Below are positions 12,692 through 23,127 of a stretch of 64,000 nucleotides of DNA, one piece after another. A model generated the notes under the pieces. It was not told the origin of the DNA, did not search any database, and was given only the letters and a program-made list of their open reading frames with translations. The stretch lies in assembly GCA_001600695.1 (NCBI GenBank), contig BCKQ01000015.1, positions 112,028-176,027 on the forward strand, read 5' to 3'. The stretch is from Ascoidea asiatica JCM 7603. Its lineage: Eukaryota > Fungi > Ascomycota. The position numbers were made by a program, and so were the translations under genes. The first letter of the stretch is position 1. The number at the start of each line of letters is the position of its first letter.

Positions 12692-14365
12692 ATGACAATT
12701 GAATCTCCAATCAAAGATATTGCAATAATTGGTGCTGGACCTTCTGGGATTTCAGCACTTTATGAATTAACTCATACTTTATCAAATGGTTCAACTTGTG
12801 TTTATTCAAATAATATTGCAAAAAATTCACCTTTTAATAAAATTACTGTTTTTGAAAGAAATTCAGATCTTGGTGGACTTTGGAATAATGAAATTATTGG
12901 TAAAGCTTTAGATCCAAGTTTACCTGATTTAAATGATGATAATAATAATGATAATGATAATGATGATGATAATGATAATGATGATTTTGATTATGATAAA
13001 CCTGAAAATGTATTTATAAAAACTGAAATTCCAGAAATTTTAAATTCAAAAGATTATAATAATGAACCAATAAAAATTGAAAGAGATTTAAAAAAAAGTG
13101 ATTATTATCAATGGAATGGTTCTGGAATTTATAAAGATTTATTTACAAATGTTGGTGAAAAATATATGAAATTTTCTTTTGATAATAATAATACTCAAAA
13201 AACTTTAGGTCCAAAAGAAAATAAATATTTAGGTACTTTAAGAACTTCAAAACAAGTTTCAAATTATTTAAAAAATTTAATAATTAAAAATAATTTATTA
13301 AATTATATTAAATTTAATACAAATATTGAAAATATTTTTAAAGATAAAATTTCAAATAAATGGATTTTAACAATTAGAAAAATTATTAAAATTAATTATA
13401 ATGAAAAAAAAATTAATGAAATTTGGTATAAAGAAAAATTTGATGGAATTATAATTGCAAATGGTAAAAATATACCATATATACCAAAATTTTTAAATTT
13501 TAAAAATTTTAAAAAAAAAATTATTAATTCAAAAAAAAATATTTTAATTACACATTCAAAATCAATTTTAGATCCAACAATTTTAAAAAATAGAAAAAAA
13601 ATTTTAATTATTGGTGGTAGTATAAGTGCAGTTGATTTAGTTCAATATGCATTTCCAAGAGATGAAAATGAAAATGAAAATGAAAATGAAAATGAAAATG
13701 AAATTTCAGTTTTTATTTCAAGAAAATCTAATCCAACATATGATTGGGTTAATCAAATTTCAAATTCAAAAGGTATTTCAATTTTACCAATAATTAAACA
13801 ATTTTTACCAGATTCTAATGAAATTGAATTTATTAATGGTAAAATTATTAAAGATTTTGATACAATAATTTTTGCAACTGGATATCATCAATATTTACCA
13901 TTTTTAGATAAAAGTTTAATAAATAAAAATTTAAATTTAAATTATGAAAATTTTTTTTTACATTGTTTTTCAATTGAAGATTATTCATTAGGATATGTTG
14001 GATATAATTCAGATATTACATTTTTTTTTAATAGAATTGAAGCATATTCATCAGCAATTGCAGGAGTTTGGTCAGGATATTCAATTGAAAAATATAATGA
14101 AATTAAAAAAGAAGATAAATTAAATTGGATTAAAAAACAAAATTTAATTGGTAATAAAGTTTATCATAAAGATACTGAAGAAATTATTAAAAATTATGTA
14201 AATGAATTAGTTAATTTTTTTCCAAAAGGTAGAAAAAGTCCATTTTCAGATGAAAGAATTAATGCTGCAAAGGATAGTATAATTTCAGTTAATGATATTT
14301 TAAGAGTATTTTCCGGTATTAAAAATGGTAGTTTAGATCCAAAATTAATTTGTTCTGAAGATTAA
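12692..14365 (+). CDS. FMO1: Flavin-containing monooxygenase (Fmo1-like)
   Basis: FAD motif IAIIGAGPSG, FERNSDLGGLW, degenerate FMO motif (F...THSKS), GGSISAVD NADPH motif, FATGY. Confidence 0.85.
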   Translation: MTIESPIKDIAIIGAGPSGISALYELTHTLSNGSTCVYSNNIAKNSPFNKITVFERNSDLGGLWNNEIIGKALDPSLPDLNDDNNNDNDNDDDNDNDDFDYDKPENVFIKTEIPEILNSKDYNNEPIKIERDLKKSDYYQWNGSGIYKDLFTNVGEKYMKFSFDNNNTQKTLGPKENKYLGTLRTSKQVSNYLKNLIIKNNLLNYIKFNTNIENIFKDKISNKWILTIRKIIKINYNEKKINEIWYKEKFDGIIIANGKNIPYIPKFLNFKNFKKKIINSKKNILITHSKSILDPTILKNRKKILIIGGSISAVDLVQYAFPRDENENENENENENEISVFISRKSNPTYDWVNQISNSKGISILPIIKQFLPDSNEIEFINGKIIKDFDTIIFATGYHQYLPFLDKSLINKNLNLNYENFFLHCFSIEDYSLGYVGYNSDITFFFNRIEAYSSAIAGVWSGYSIEKYNEIKKEDKLNWIKKQNLIGNKVYHKDTEEIIKNYVNELVNFFPKGRKSPFSDERINAAKDSIISVNDILRVFSGIKNGSLDPKLICSED

Positions 14366-14778
14366 TTAAGATAATTAAAATTTTGTTTATTTTGAATAAA
14401 AAATTCATCTTTTGGATACATAATTTTTGGTAAATTATAATTATTTTTAGGAATTTTAAATAAAAATGAATTTAAATAATAATTATTTAAATTTAAACCA
14501 GGACAAAAACTTTTTGTTCTTGTACCACAATTTAAACAAAAAAATCTTTTTTTTGGTTTACCAGAAGTAGTATTATTTAAAGTTATAGAAGTTTCAAAAT
14601 TATTTAAATCAATTAATTTAATATTTTTTTTATCATAAGTAACTAAAGAAACACCATTTGCAGAAGCAATAATTGTACAATGATTACAATAACAAATTCC
14701 AGTGTCAATTGAATCACCAATTACTTCATATTTCACTTCACCACATAAACATTGACCTTTATAAGTTGTCATTTTCAT
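14362..14778 (-). CDS. GFA/CENP-V zinc-binding protein, paralog of 3145-3543
   Basis: YKGQCLCGEVKYEV, CYCNHCT, SGKPKKRFFCLNCGT. Confidence 0.9.
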   Translation of the reverse strand: MKMTTYKGQCLCGEVKYEVIGDSIDTGICYCNHCTIIASANGVSLVTYDKKNIKLIDLNNFETSITLNNTTSGKPKKRFFCLNCGTRTKSFCPGLNLNNYYLNSFLFKIPKNNYNLPKIMYPKDEFFIQNKQNFNYLN

Positions 14779-14795
14779 AAAAAATATTCATAAAT

Positions 14796-14813
14796 TGATT
14801 GATTGATTGATTA

Positions 14814-14846
<33 letters not shown>
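14796..14846. repeat. (GATT)n microsatellite
   Basis: Read directly. Confidence 0.9.
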
Positions 14847-14849
<3 letters not shown>

Positions 14850-15008
14850 ATGAATGAATGAAATAGAAATTTTTGATTAGAACTTTTCAAGAGAAAGAGC
14901 TGATTTACTTGTATTCTATTCCTTTGTTTAAAGCTTTATTTGAATTTCTTGTCTATTTTAGCTATTTATCTATCTGCAGTATTAAGTAATGGATTAGGTA
15001 ATCAGTGA

Positions 15009-15055
15009 TTACGTAACAGATTACGTAAATGCAGATTATGTCATATATTACGTAA
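15009..15055. promoter_or_regulatory. Cluster of bZIP-type sites (3x TTACGTAA and 1x TTATGTCA)
   Basis: Sites at 15009, 15021, 15036 and 15048, about 230-280 bp upstream of the second GFA gene. Confidence 0.55.
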
Positions 15056-15361
15056 TTGTGCATAAAAGACCCGTTGAAGTGGTCTCCACTTTTCTGAAAT
15101 TGTAATAATCCAAAACAGGAAAATGTTGGTGGCTAATGGCTGAACTACTGAGGCGTAGAGTGCGGGTAACTGGAGCTACACGAAAACAGAAACAGAAACA
15201 GAAACAGAAACAAAAACAAAACAAAACAAAACAAAACATCTGCTGGCCAGCTGCAGCGATCTACGGCTGGCCAATCGCGTTGCCGAACGTCCAGCAGAAT
15301 ATCTGGTAAGCTAGCAGGAAGTGTGGCTAGTGAGAAAGGTGTGGCTGACGCTGGTGGTGCT

Positions 15362-15464
15362 TTTTACGCGACAGTGGCACCGCCAACGCGTAAAAGTTAC
15401 AAAAGCAAAAACACCAGCCACCAATTAAGCCACGTTTCCTGGAAAAGCAGAATTATTTTTCGCG
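15362..15464. promoter_or_regulatory. MCB/SCB-like elements upstream of RNR2
   Basis: Inverted pair TTTTACGCG...CGCGTAAAA containing ACGCGT, plus TTTTCGCG. Confidence 0.45.
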
Positions 15465-16331
15465 TCAGAGTGGCAATGCATGCTCTTATGCCGTGCTTTT
15501 TGAATGTAAATGGACATTATTGACCTCATAGTGGCTGTTTCGTGGCGCATTACTGCATATTCCTCTATTCGAAAATGGAAATCGAGAAAAAAGTGAAAAA
15601 AAGATGAAGTAATCAAAAAATAAAATAAATAACGAAATAAAACAAAAAAATAAAGGAATAAATTAAATGAATTAATTTTCGTATTATTTACAATTATTCA
15701 TCTGTGTTTTTACTAATCTTTTATAATCATTTTCGTGTTGTTTGGGGTGGTTTTAATATTTCATTGAATTATTTTCTATTACTTTAACTACTGTTAACTG
15801 TTAAAGAAAAAAAAAAAAAAAAAAATATACATATTCAAATGCATAAACAATAACAATATCAATAAGAAGAATAATAATAATAATAAAAAATATAATAATT
15901 TCTTGATTTGTCTCACTTTTATCGGTTTATCTAATAATATTTGTAATTTTTATCGTACAAATTTTGTTTAATTCTGTTCAATCACCTTTTTATCTTCTTA
16001 TTCTAATAATATTTTAATTATATTCTAATTATATTCTAATTATATTCTAATTATATTCTAATTATATTCTTATTATATATTCTAATCATATCTTATATTC
16101 ATTTTATATATAAGAACTGTTATTCTTCTCTTTTTTTCAATTTCAATTTCAATTTATTTTCTTTTATTTATTATTATTATTATTATTATTATAATTATCA
16201 ATTTTATTAGTATTCTAATATTCTAATATTCTCTTATAATTACATAAAAATTACACTCAAATCTTAAATTTCAATCTATTTAATCAATACAATCAATACA
16301 ATCAATATAATCAATACAATTTTATATTAAA

Positions 16332-17468
16332 ATGTCTTCTTCAATTAATCAAATTCAAGATAATTTATCATCAAATTTAATTAAAAAAAATATTTTAATT
16401 AAAGATAATTCAATTATTTCTGAACATGAAAAATTTTTAAATCAACATAAAGTTCATCGTCATAAAATTAAATTATGTGAAAATCAAGAACCTTTATTAA
16501 TGGAAAATAAACGTCGTTTTGTTTTATTTCCAATTAAATATCATGAAATTTGGCAAATGTATAAAAAAGCTGAAGCTTCATTTTGGACTGCAGAAGAAAT
16601 TGATTTAAGTAAAGATTTACATGATTGGAATAATCGTTTAAATAAAAATGAAAGATTTTTTATTTCAAGAGTTTTAGCATTTTTTGCAGCTTCTGATGGT
16701 ATTGTTAATGAAAATTTAGTTGAAAATTTTTCTGCAGAAGTTCAAATTCCTGAAGCTAAATGTTTTTATGGTTTTCAAATTATGATGGAAAATATTCATT
16801 CTGAAACTTATTCTTTATTATTAGATACTTATATTAAAGATCCAAAAGAAAATAAATTTTTATTTAATGCAATTGAAACAATTCCATGTATTAAACAAAA
16901 AGCTGAATGGGCTTTAAGATGGATTAATGATAATGATGCTTTATATGCTGAAAGATTAGTTGCTTTTGCTGCTGTTGAAGGTATTTTCTTCTCTGGATCT
17001 TTTGCTTCAATATTTTGGTTAAAAAAAAGAGGTTTAATGCCAGGTTTAACATTTTCAAATGAATTAATTTGTAGAGATGAAGGTCTTCATACTGATTTTG
17101 CTTGTTTATTATTTTCTCATTTAATTAATAAACCAAATCCATTAATTGTTCAAAAAATTATTACTGAAGCTGTTGATATTGAAAAAGATTATTTTACTGA
17201 TGCTTTACCTGCTTCTTTATTAGGTATGAATTGTAAATTAATGTGTCAATATGTTGAATTTGTTGCAGATAGATTATTAGTTGCTTTAGGTAATAAAAAA
17301 TTTTATAATGTTACAAATCCATTTGATTTTATGGAAAATATTTCTTTAGCTGGTAAAACTAATTTTTTTGAAAAAAGAGTATCTGATTATCAAAAAGCTG
17401 GTGTTATGGCTTCAACTTCAAAAACAAATGATTCTGAAGGTGGTTTTGCTTTTGATGAAGATTTTTAA
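16332..17468 (+). CDS. RNR2: Ribonucleotide reductase small subunit
   Basis: [48 protein letters not shown]-terminal FDEDF. Confidence 0.98.
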   Translation: MSSSINQIQDNLSSNLIKKNILIKDNSIISEHEKFLNQHKVHRHKIKLCENQEPLLMENKRRFVLFPIKYHEIWQMYKKAEASFWTAEEIDLSKDLHDWNNRLNKNERFFISRVLAFFAASDGIVNENLVENFSAEVQIPEAKCFYGFQIMMENIHSETYSLLLDTYIKDPKENKFLFNAIETIPCIKQKAEWALRWINDNDALYAERLVAFAAVEGIFFSGSFASIFWLKKRGLMPGLTFSNELICRDEGLHTDFACLLFSHLINKPNPLIVQKIITEAVDIEKDYFTDALPASLLGMNCKLMCQYVEFVADRLLVALGNKKFYNVTNPFDFMENISLAGKTNFFEKRVSDYQKAGVMASTSKTNDSEGGFAFDEDF

Positions 17469-18598
17469 AACAAAAATTATCAATCTCCATCAATCAATTA
17501 ATAAATCCATTAATCAATTAATTTTTTGATTTTATGCTTATCTTTATGCTTATCTTTATGCTTATCTTTTTTTTTTTTTACTAAATGCCCTCTTTTAATG
17601 ATGTTCTTTAACTCAACTCAATACCTTTTTCTTTTTCTTTTTATTCTATTCAAAAAAAAGATAATAGTTTGAAATTTACTTTTTTTGTTATTTTTTTGTT
17701 ATTTTTGTATTTTATCATTTTATCATTTAACTTTTTTTTTTTTGGGAAATTTTATGCCATTTTTATCTTAGATTTTTATCATCTTATCTTTCTTTCATTT
17801 AATTCTTTTTTAATTCTTTTTTCTTATAAAACTTCAATCGACTGAATTACACTCTTTATAAACTTCATAAATATTTAAAATAAATAATAAAATAGCTTTT
17901 TTTTGTAATGCAAATTATTTATACTTAACAGTCATGAGTTCCAGAAACCTTAAACATTTCATGTGATCTACATCTAGGTATTTACTCATTACCCCCCACT
18001 TCAATCCTGTAAACATTATCCCGGTTTTCAAGGGCTTTCTGCTGTTTTCCTCCGGAAGAATCCAATGAGTTTGTCACCGGCTGCTCCAAACACAAAAAAC
18101 ACGGGAAAAACAAGAAAATTTGAAAAATTTCAAGAATAGATTACAAATTGAAAACTGTCAAAAAAATGTTCTTCGGTACAAAGAAATGGAAATAGATTTC
18201 AATCTTCTTCTCGAGACATTTAGCCGGGATTCTATTTTATAATTGATGAACTTATTTCCAAAATTTTATTAAGTCTACTCAGTTTCGGTTGTATTTCATT
18301 TAGCTTGTGGTTCCGATAATACTAATTACTAATCCGGATGAATATATCAAATTTTTGTGTTGTGCATTGATAAAGATTCTTTAGATATGATTCTAAATTT
18401 TAATTTTGATCAAAATTATCATTACAAGATAAAAAAAACTGTAATATGAAATATTTGATATAAATATGGTTCAATATCCAAAGAAATATAAAAATGAATT
18501 AATGTTATAATTATAATTATCATTTCAAATCAAATTTATTAAATAGTTCCTTAATTCTCTATTCAATTATTTATAATTCTAATTTCAACTCTCAAAAA

Positions 18599-19237
18599 AT
18601 GTCATCTACTTTTGGTACTGTTTATGCTATTTCTGCTTCTCCAAGATTTTTAATCTTAAAATATATTATTGAATCTTATAAATTACCAATAAATTTATCT
18701 CCAAGTGATGAAATTTTTAAAAAACAATTTCCATTAGGTAAAGTTCCAGTTTATATTTCAAGTGATGAAGAATTTAAATTACATGAAGTCATTGCAATTG
18801 TTCTTTATATTTCTTCTTTAATTGAAAAACCAGGTAATTTATTAGGTTCTTCAAAAAAAGAATATTTTGAAATTATTAAATGGTTATCTTTTATTAATTC
18901 TGATTTATTTTCTGCAGTTGAAGAACAATTAAATTTTTTATTCAATGAAACTTGTGATTTTAAAAAAGCTGAATCTGGTAAAAAAAATGTTCAAAAATAT
19001 TCCAAATTTATTGAAGATTATCTTAATGATCATACTTATTTAGTTGGTAATAAAATTACTTTAGCTGATTATTTTACTGCTGCTTTTGTTGATATGATTT
19101 TCAAATTTTGTTGGGATAAACAATGGTCAACTGAACATCCAAACATTGTTAAATGGTTTAAACTTGTAATTTCTGATCCATTATTATCTAATTATATTCC
19201 TTCTTTTGAACCAATTGAAAAGGCTCTTGAAGGTTAA
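18599..19237 (+). CDS. Glutathione S-transferase-fold protein (eEF1B-gamma N-terminal-like, stand-alone)
   Basis: FPLGKVP, LHEVIAI, WLSFINSD, TYLVGNKITLAD, HPNIVKWF. Confidence 0.88.
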   Translation: MSSTFGTVYAISASPRFLILKYIIESYKLPINLSPSDEIFKKQFPLGKVPVYISSDEEFKLHEVIAIVLYISSLIEKPGNLLGSSKKEYFEIIKWLSFINSDLFSAVEEQLNFLFNETCDFKKAESGKKNVQKYSKFIEDYLNDHTYLVGNKITLADYFTAAFVDMIFKFCWDKQWSTEHPNIVKWFKLVISDPLLSNYIPSFEPIEKALEG

Positions 19238-19830
19238 GTAATACTTCTTTTTTTCACTTTCACTTAAATAAAAAACATATTCTCTTTCTTATATATCTTA
19301 TTATATAATAGCAATAATAATAGAAATAATAATAATAATAATATTTCTAGCTAATTAATAAATCATTTCAATACTAAAACAAATATGGTATTCTTCTTTT
19401 TTTAATATTTATTTTCCGGATAGTAAAATTAACAGGACCCTCTATTATCAGGATACATATTACCTATTTCGGAAATCCGAGAAAACACCCTCGACCTTTT
19501 TCACCAGCCACATGGGTGTTTATTTTTACAGCACACTAGCCATTTACTGGTCCCTTTTTGGTCACATATTCCGGTTTTTATTCCCGGCAAGCCCCGCCGG
19601 GTAATTGACTTTCTCGCGGCGTGTGCATTTTTGTGTGATTTTTTCTCTGCAACCTGACTTTTTGGTAAAATTTTTTCCGATAGCCGCAAGTTTTTCAATT
19701 TCATTCATCCTTTTTATACAAGAAAAGAACAAAAAAATAAAAAAAAAAAAAAGAATATGTTCAATTCCTTAAATTCATAAATTTTTAATTGAACTTTATG
19801 AATTAAATTTGGTTATTTTTATTTGAGAAA

Positions 19831-22611
19831 ATGTATAAAAGAAAAAGAATTTCTAGAGCTTGTGATATTTGTAGGAAAAAAAAACAAAAATGTAATGGAG
19901 AAGAACCTTGTGAAAGATGTAAGATTTCAATTTTAACTTGTACTTATAATGATAAAAATAATAGATTCAAAAAAATTACTCTTGATAAACCTATTGGAAA
20001 GACTAATATAAAGACTGCCGAAAAGAACATTGAAAAGAACATTGAAAAGAACATTGAAAAGAACATTGAAAAAAATAATGAAAAAAATAATGAAAAGAAT
20101 ATAGGAAAGAATGTCGAGATAAAGAATGTCGAAAATAGTAAAGAGAAAATTTTATATGAGAGTACAAATGAAAATGAAAATAATACAAAAATAAATCCAG
20201 TAATATCTCAAAATGATTATATCAATCAATTTAAAAATTCTTCTCAAAATATAAATTTTATTGATTCAAAAGTTATATTATCAAAAAAAATCTCAAATTT
20301 AGAAAATAGATTAGTTAATATAGAAACTTCAATTAATACAATTTTATTTAATCTAGAATCAACTATTTTCAAAAAAATTAATCAAAATAATAAAATTGAT
20401 ATTAATACTATTCAAAATCCTTCAATTTCTTTAAATATATCTAATCCAATAAATAATCCTAATAATAATAATTATAATTCAAAAAAAAAATTATTCGCTC
20501 AATTATATTTATCCAATATTAAATATCCTTTTACTTTAAACTATTCAAATAAATTTCAAATGAATAATTTAAAAAATTATTTTAAATTTAATATAAATTC
20601 AATTGAAATCAATAAAAATATTCAAAATCATTTATCAGAATTAAATAATCTTAAAATTAAAACAAATTCTTCATTTTCTTCAAATACTTTCCAAAATAAT
20701 TTCAAACCATTTCAATTTCCTGAAGAAAAAACTTTAAATTTATTTATTTTTTTTGCATCTCATATTCCAATAGATTCAAAAATTATAAATAATATTCATT
20801 ACTTATTTGGTCAATATTATCATAATCCTGATTATAACTTTAATAATAATCATTATTTATTAATGAATAGTTTAATTTTATTAATATCAACAATTGCAAA
20901 AGAAATAATCTCATTTGATTTAGATATTAATTCAATTTTTAAAAGATCAAATATAAATTTAGAAAATTTAATTGATTTTAAAAAAAATTATTTAAAAAAT
21001 TCAATTTATTATTTGAATTTAATTTTAAAAGATTTTAAATCTTCTGATATAAATACTATTCAAGCTCTTTTTTTCTTATCTATTTTTTTTCAATTCAATC
21101 TAAATTCAATTTTATCATACATCTTAATAAAATTATCAATAAACTTTTCAAAAAATTATTTGAATTTAAATAATAATTTTAACTTCAATTCAATCAATTT
21201 TTTGAATTCTTCAAAGGATAAAATTGAAATCAATAAATTAACTTGGAATTATATTAATTCTTTTGATAAATTTTTATCTCTTCTTTTACATTCAACTGAA
21301 GATAAAAATAGTGATAGTGGTAATGATAGTAATAATGATAATAATGATAATAATGAGAATTTTAATTTCAATAGAAATAATAATTTTTTAAAAAACTATT
21401 CAATATCTTCAATTTCTACAAATAATTTAAACTCCAATGATTTTAATAAGTTTTATTGTGATTATTTATTAGAAATTCTAAATTTATCATTTAATTTAAA
21501 TAAAAATTTTCAAATTAATAAAAATAATAATATAATTTTAAATGAATTTCAAAAAAATTTAGGAAATTGGAGAAATTTAATTCCAAATCAAATAAAATAT
21601 GAAAATTTTAAAATTCATTCAAATACTTCAAATAATATAAGTAATTTCAGTAATTCTAATAATGTAAATAACATAAGTCAGGATTCTAAAGGGGATATTA
21701 ATGATAATGAATGTAATCTAGTTACTAATAATCTAAATTCGTTTGTTTTGGAATATAATAAATTCAAAATCTTGATTATTAACTTGACATATTATATTAA
21801 TTCAACTTTATTAAATGAGTTTAATATATTAGATAATAAAATAAATAAATCAGACAAAGCAAATATTGTTAAATACTATAGTTCAAACATTGAAAATTCA
21901 AGAGAGGTTTTGAAACTATTTAATTCATATTCAAATTATTCAATTTTTCAGAAAATTAATTTGAATAATTTCAAAAAGTTTTTTATAAGTTATTATATAA
22001 AATCATTTAAAATAATTTTCTTAAAATTGATCAAGATAAAGCATGAAATTTACAAAGAGGAGTCCAAAGTAAAAAAAGAAGATGAGATAGAAATAGACAT
22101 AGACATAGATATAGAAATAGAAATAGAAATAGAGACAAATAATCAGGATGATCATATAAAAACAGATGCAGAGGATTTGAAGTTAATATTCTTTAGTTTC
22201 CAGAATTTTATCTTAAATTTATCAGATTGGGAGACTAACTTGTATATTATGAATTTAAGAAATTCGATTTTTAAATTAATATTAATTTGTATAGAAGTTT
22301 TAAAATTCAAAAATATTAAAATTGAAGAAGATATTTTAGAATCAAGTTTGAAAATAGCGAAAACATTAAAGGAATCCGAACTTAGAAGAGCTAATAATAA
22401 TGAAGAATACTCAATTGATAATTTGCTAGGGTCATTTATAGAAAACATAGAAGAATTCATTATGAGTCATAGTAGAAAAGAAGAGAAAGAAAACATTTCA
22501 AATAGAAATGAAAAAAATAAAATGGACTATTTTGGAATAGAGATTGAAGAAGAATTATTAAAATCTTTTGATAAATCTATTATGAGTAATGATTTTTTCA
22601 ATTTCGAATGA
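19831..22611 (+). CDS. Zn(II)2Cys6 transcription factor
   Basis: RACDICRKKKQKCNGEEPCERCKISILTCTY; remnants of the fungal TF middle homology region (TIQALFFL, W...FDKFLS). Confidence 0.92.
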   Translation: MYKRKRISRACDICRKKKQKCNGEEPCERCKISILTCTYNDKNNRFKKITLDKPIGKTNIKTAEKNIEKNIEKNIEKNIEKNNEKNNEKNIGKNVEIKNVENSKEKILYESTNENENNTKINPVISQNDYINQFKNSSQNINFIDSKVILSKKISNLENRLVNIETSINTILFNLESTIFKKINQNNKIDINTIQNPSISLNISNPINNPNNNNYNSKKKLFAQLYLSNIKYPFTLNYSNKFQMNNLKNYFKFNINSIEINKNIQNHLSELNNLKIKTNSSFSSNTFQNNFKPFQFPEEKTLNLFIFFASHIPIDSKIINNIHYLFGQYYHNPDYNFNNNHYLLMNSLILLISTIAKEIISFDLDINSIFKRSNINLENLIDFKKNYLKNSIYYLNLILKDFKSSDINTIQALFFLSIFFQFNLNSILSYILIKLSINFSKNYLNLNNNFNFNSINFLNSSKDKIEINKLTWNYINSFDKFLSLLLHSTEDKNSDSGNDSNNDNNDNNENFNFNRNNNFLKNYSISSISTNNLNSNDFNKFYCDYLLEILNLSFNLNKNFQINKNNNIILNEFQKNLGNWRNLIPNQIKYENFKIHSNTSNNISNFSNSNNVNNISQDSKGDINDNECNLVTNNLNSFVLEYNKFKILIINLTYYINSTLLNEFNILDNKINKSDKANIVKYYSSNIENSREVLKLFNSYSNYSIFQKINLNNFKKFFISYYIKSFKIIFLKLIKIKHEIYKEESKVKKEDEIEIDIDIDIEIEIEIETNNQDDHIKTDAEDLKLIFFSFQNFILNLSDWETNLYIMNLRNSIFKLILICIEVLKFKNIKIEEDILESSLKIAKTLKESELRRANNNEEYSIDNLLGSFIENIEEFIMSHSRKEEKENISNRNEKNKMDYFGIEIEEELLKSFDKSIMSNDFFNFE

Positions 22612-23037
22612 TTCAATCTCGTAAACATGAATATAGATTATATAATTTATAATATAAAACTAAAATACACACACGATAAAAAAGTCAGTTGAAAGAGTTT
22701 TCAATAACTTTAATCAAATCATCAGAACTCTGAATAAAAACCAAAAGTATCGAATAACTGCGACTTAAAAATCTTCTGAATATTGTAAGACATACAAGAA
22801 ATAGTTTAGTTCTTTCATATCTTTATTTTATCCTCATTTTGAAGAATGTAACAGTACTTACCAAGACTATGTTTTGTAGCTTTATGGGCCAAGTGCAGGT
22901 GGGTTTATTTTAGGCTGCAAAAGATCCAATGCAAAGCTAATTCGACCATGGAAAAGGACCATTTTGGTATAAAAAAACAACAAGCTTTCTTCAAGATCAG
23001 AGCTATTTATTAACAACTGATATTTCAATCTCTTCAT

Positions 23038-23083
23038 TATATTCATATTCATATTCATATTCATATTCATATTCATATTCATA
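23038..23083. repeat. (ATTCAT)n microsatellite
   Basis: Read directly. Confidence 0.9.
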
Positions 23084-23127
23084 TTTGCATTCACTTTCAT
23101 ATTCACAGGTAGATAGATTACAGGGAA

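Noticed and set aside
20020-20110. 12-bp IEKN repeat in the Zn2Cys6 gene; poly-Asn and EN/NQ runs in several genes
   Set aside because: Ordinary slippage repeats typical of this AT-rich genome
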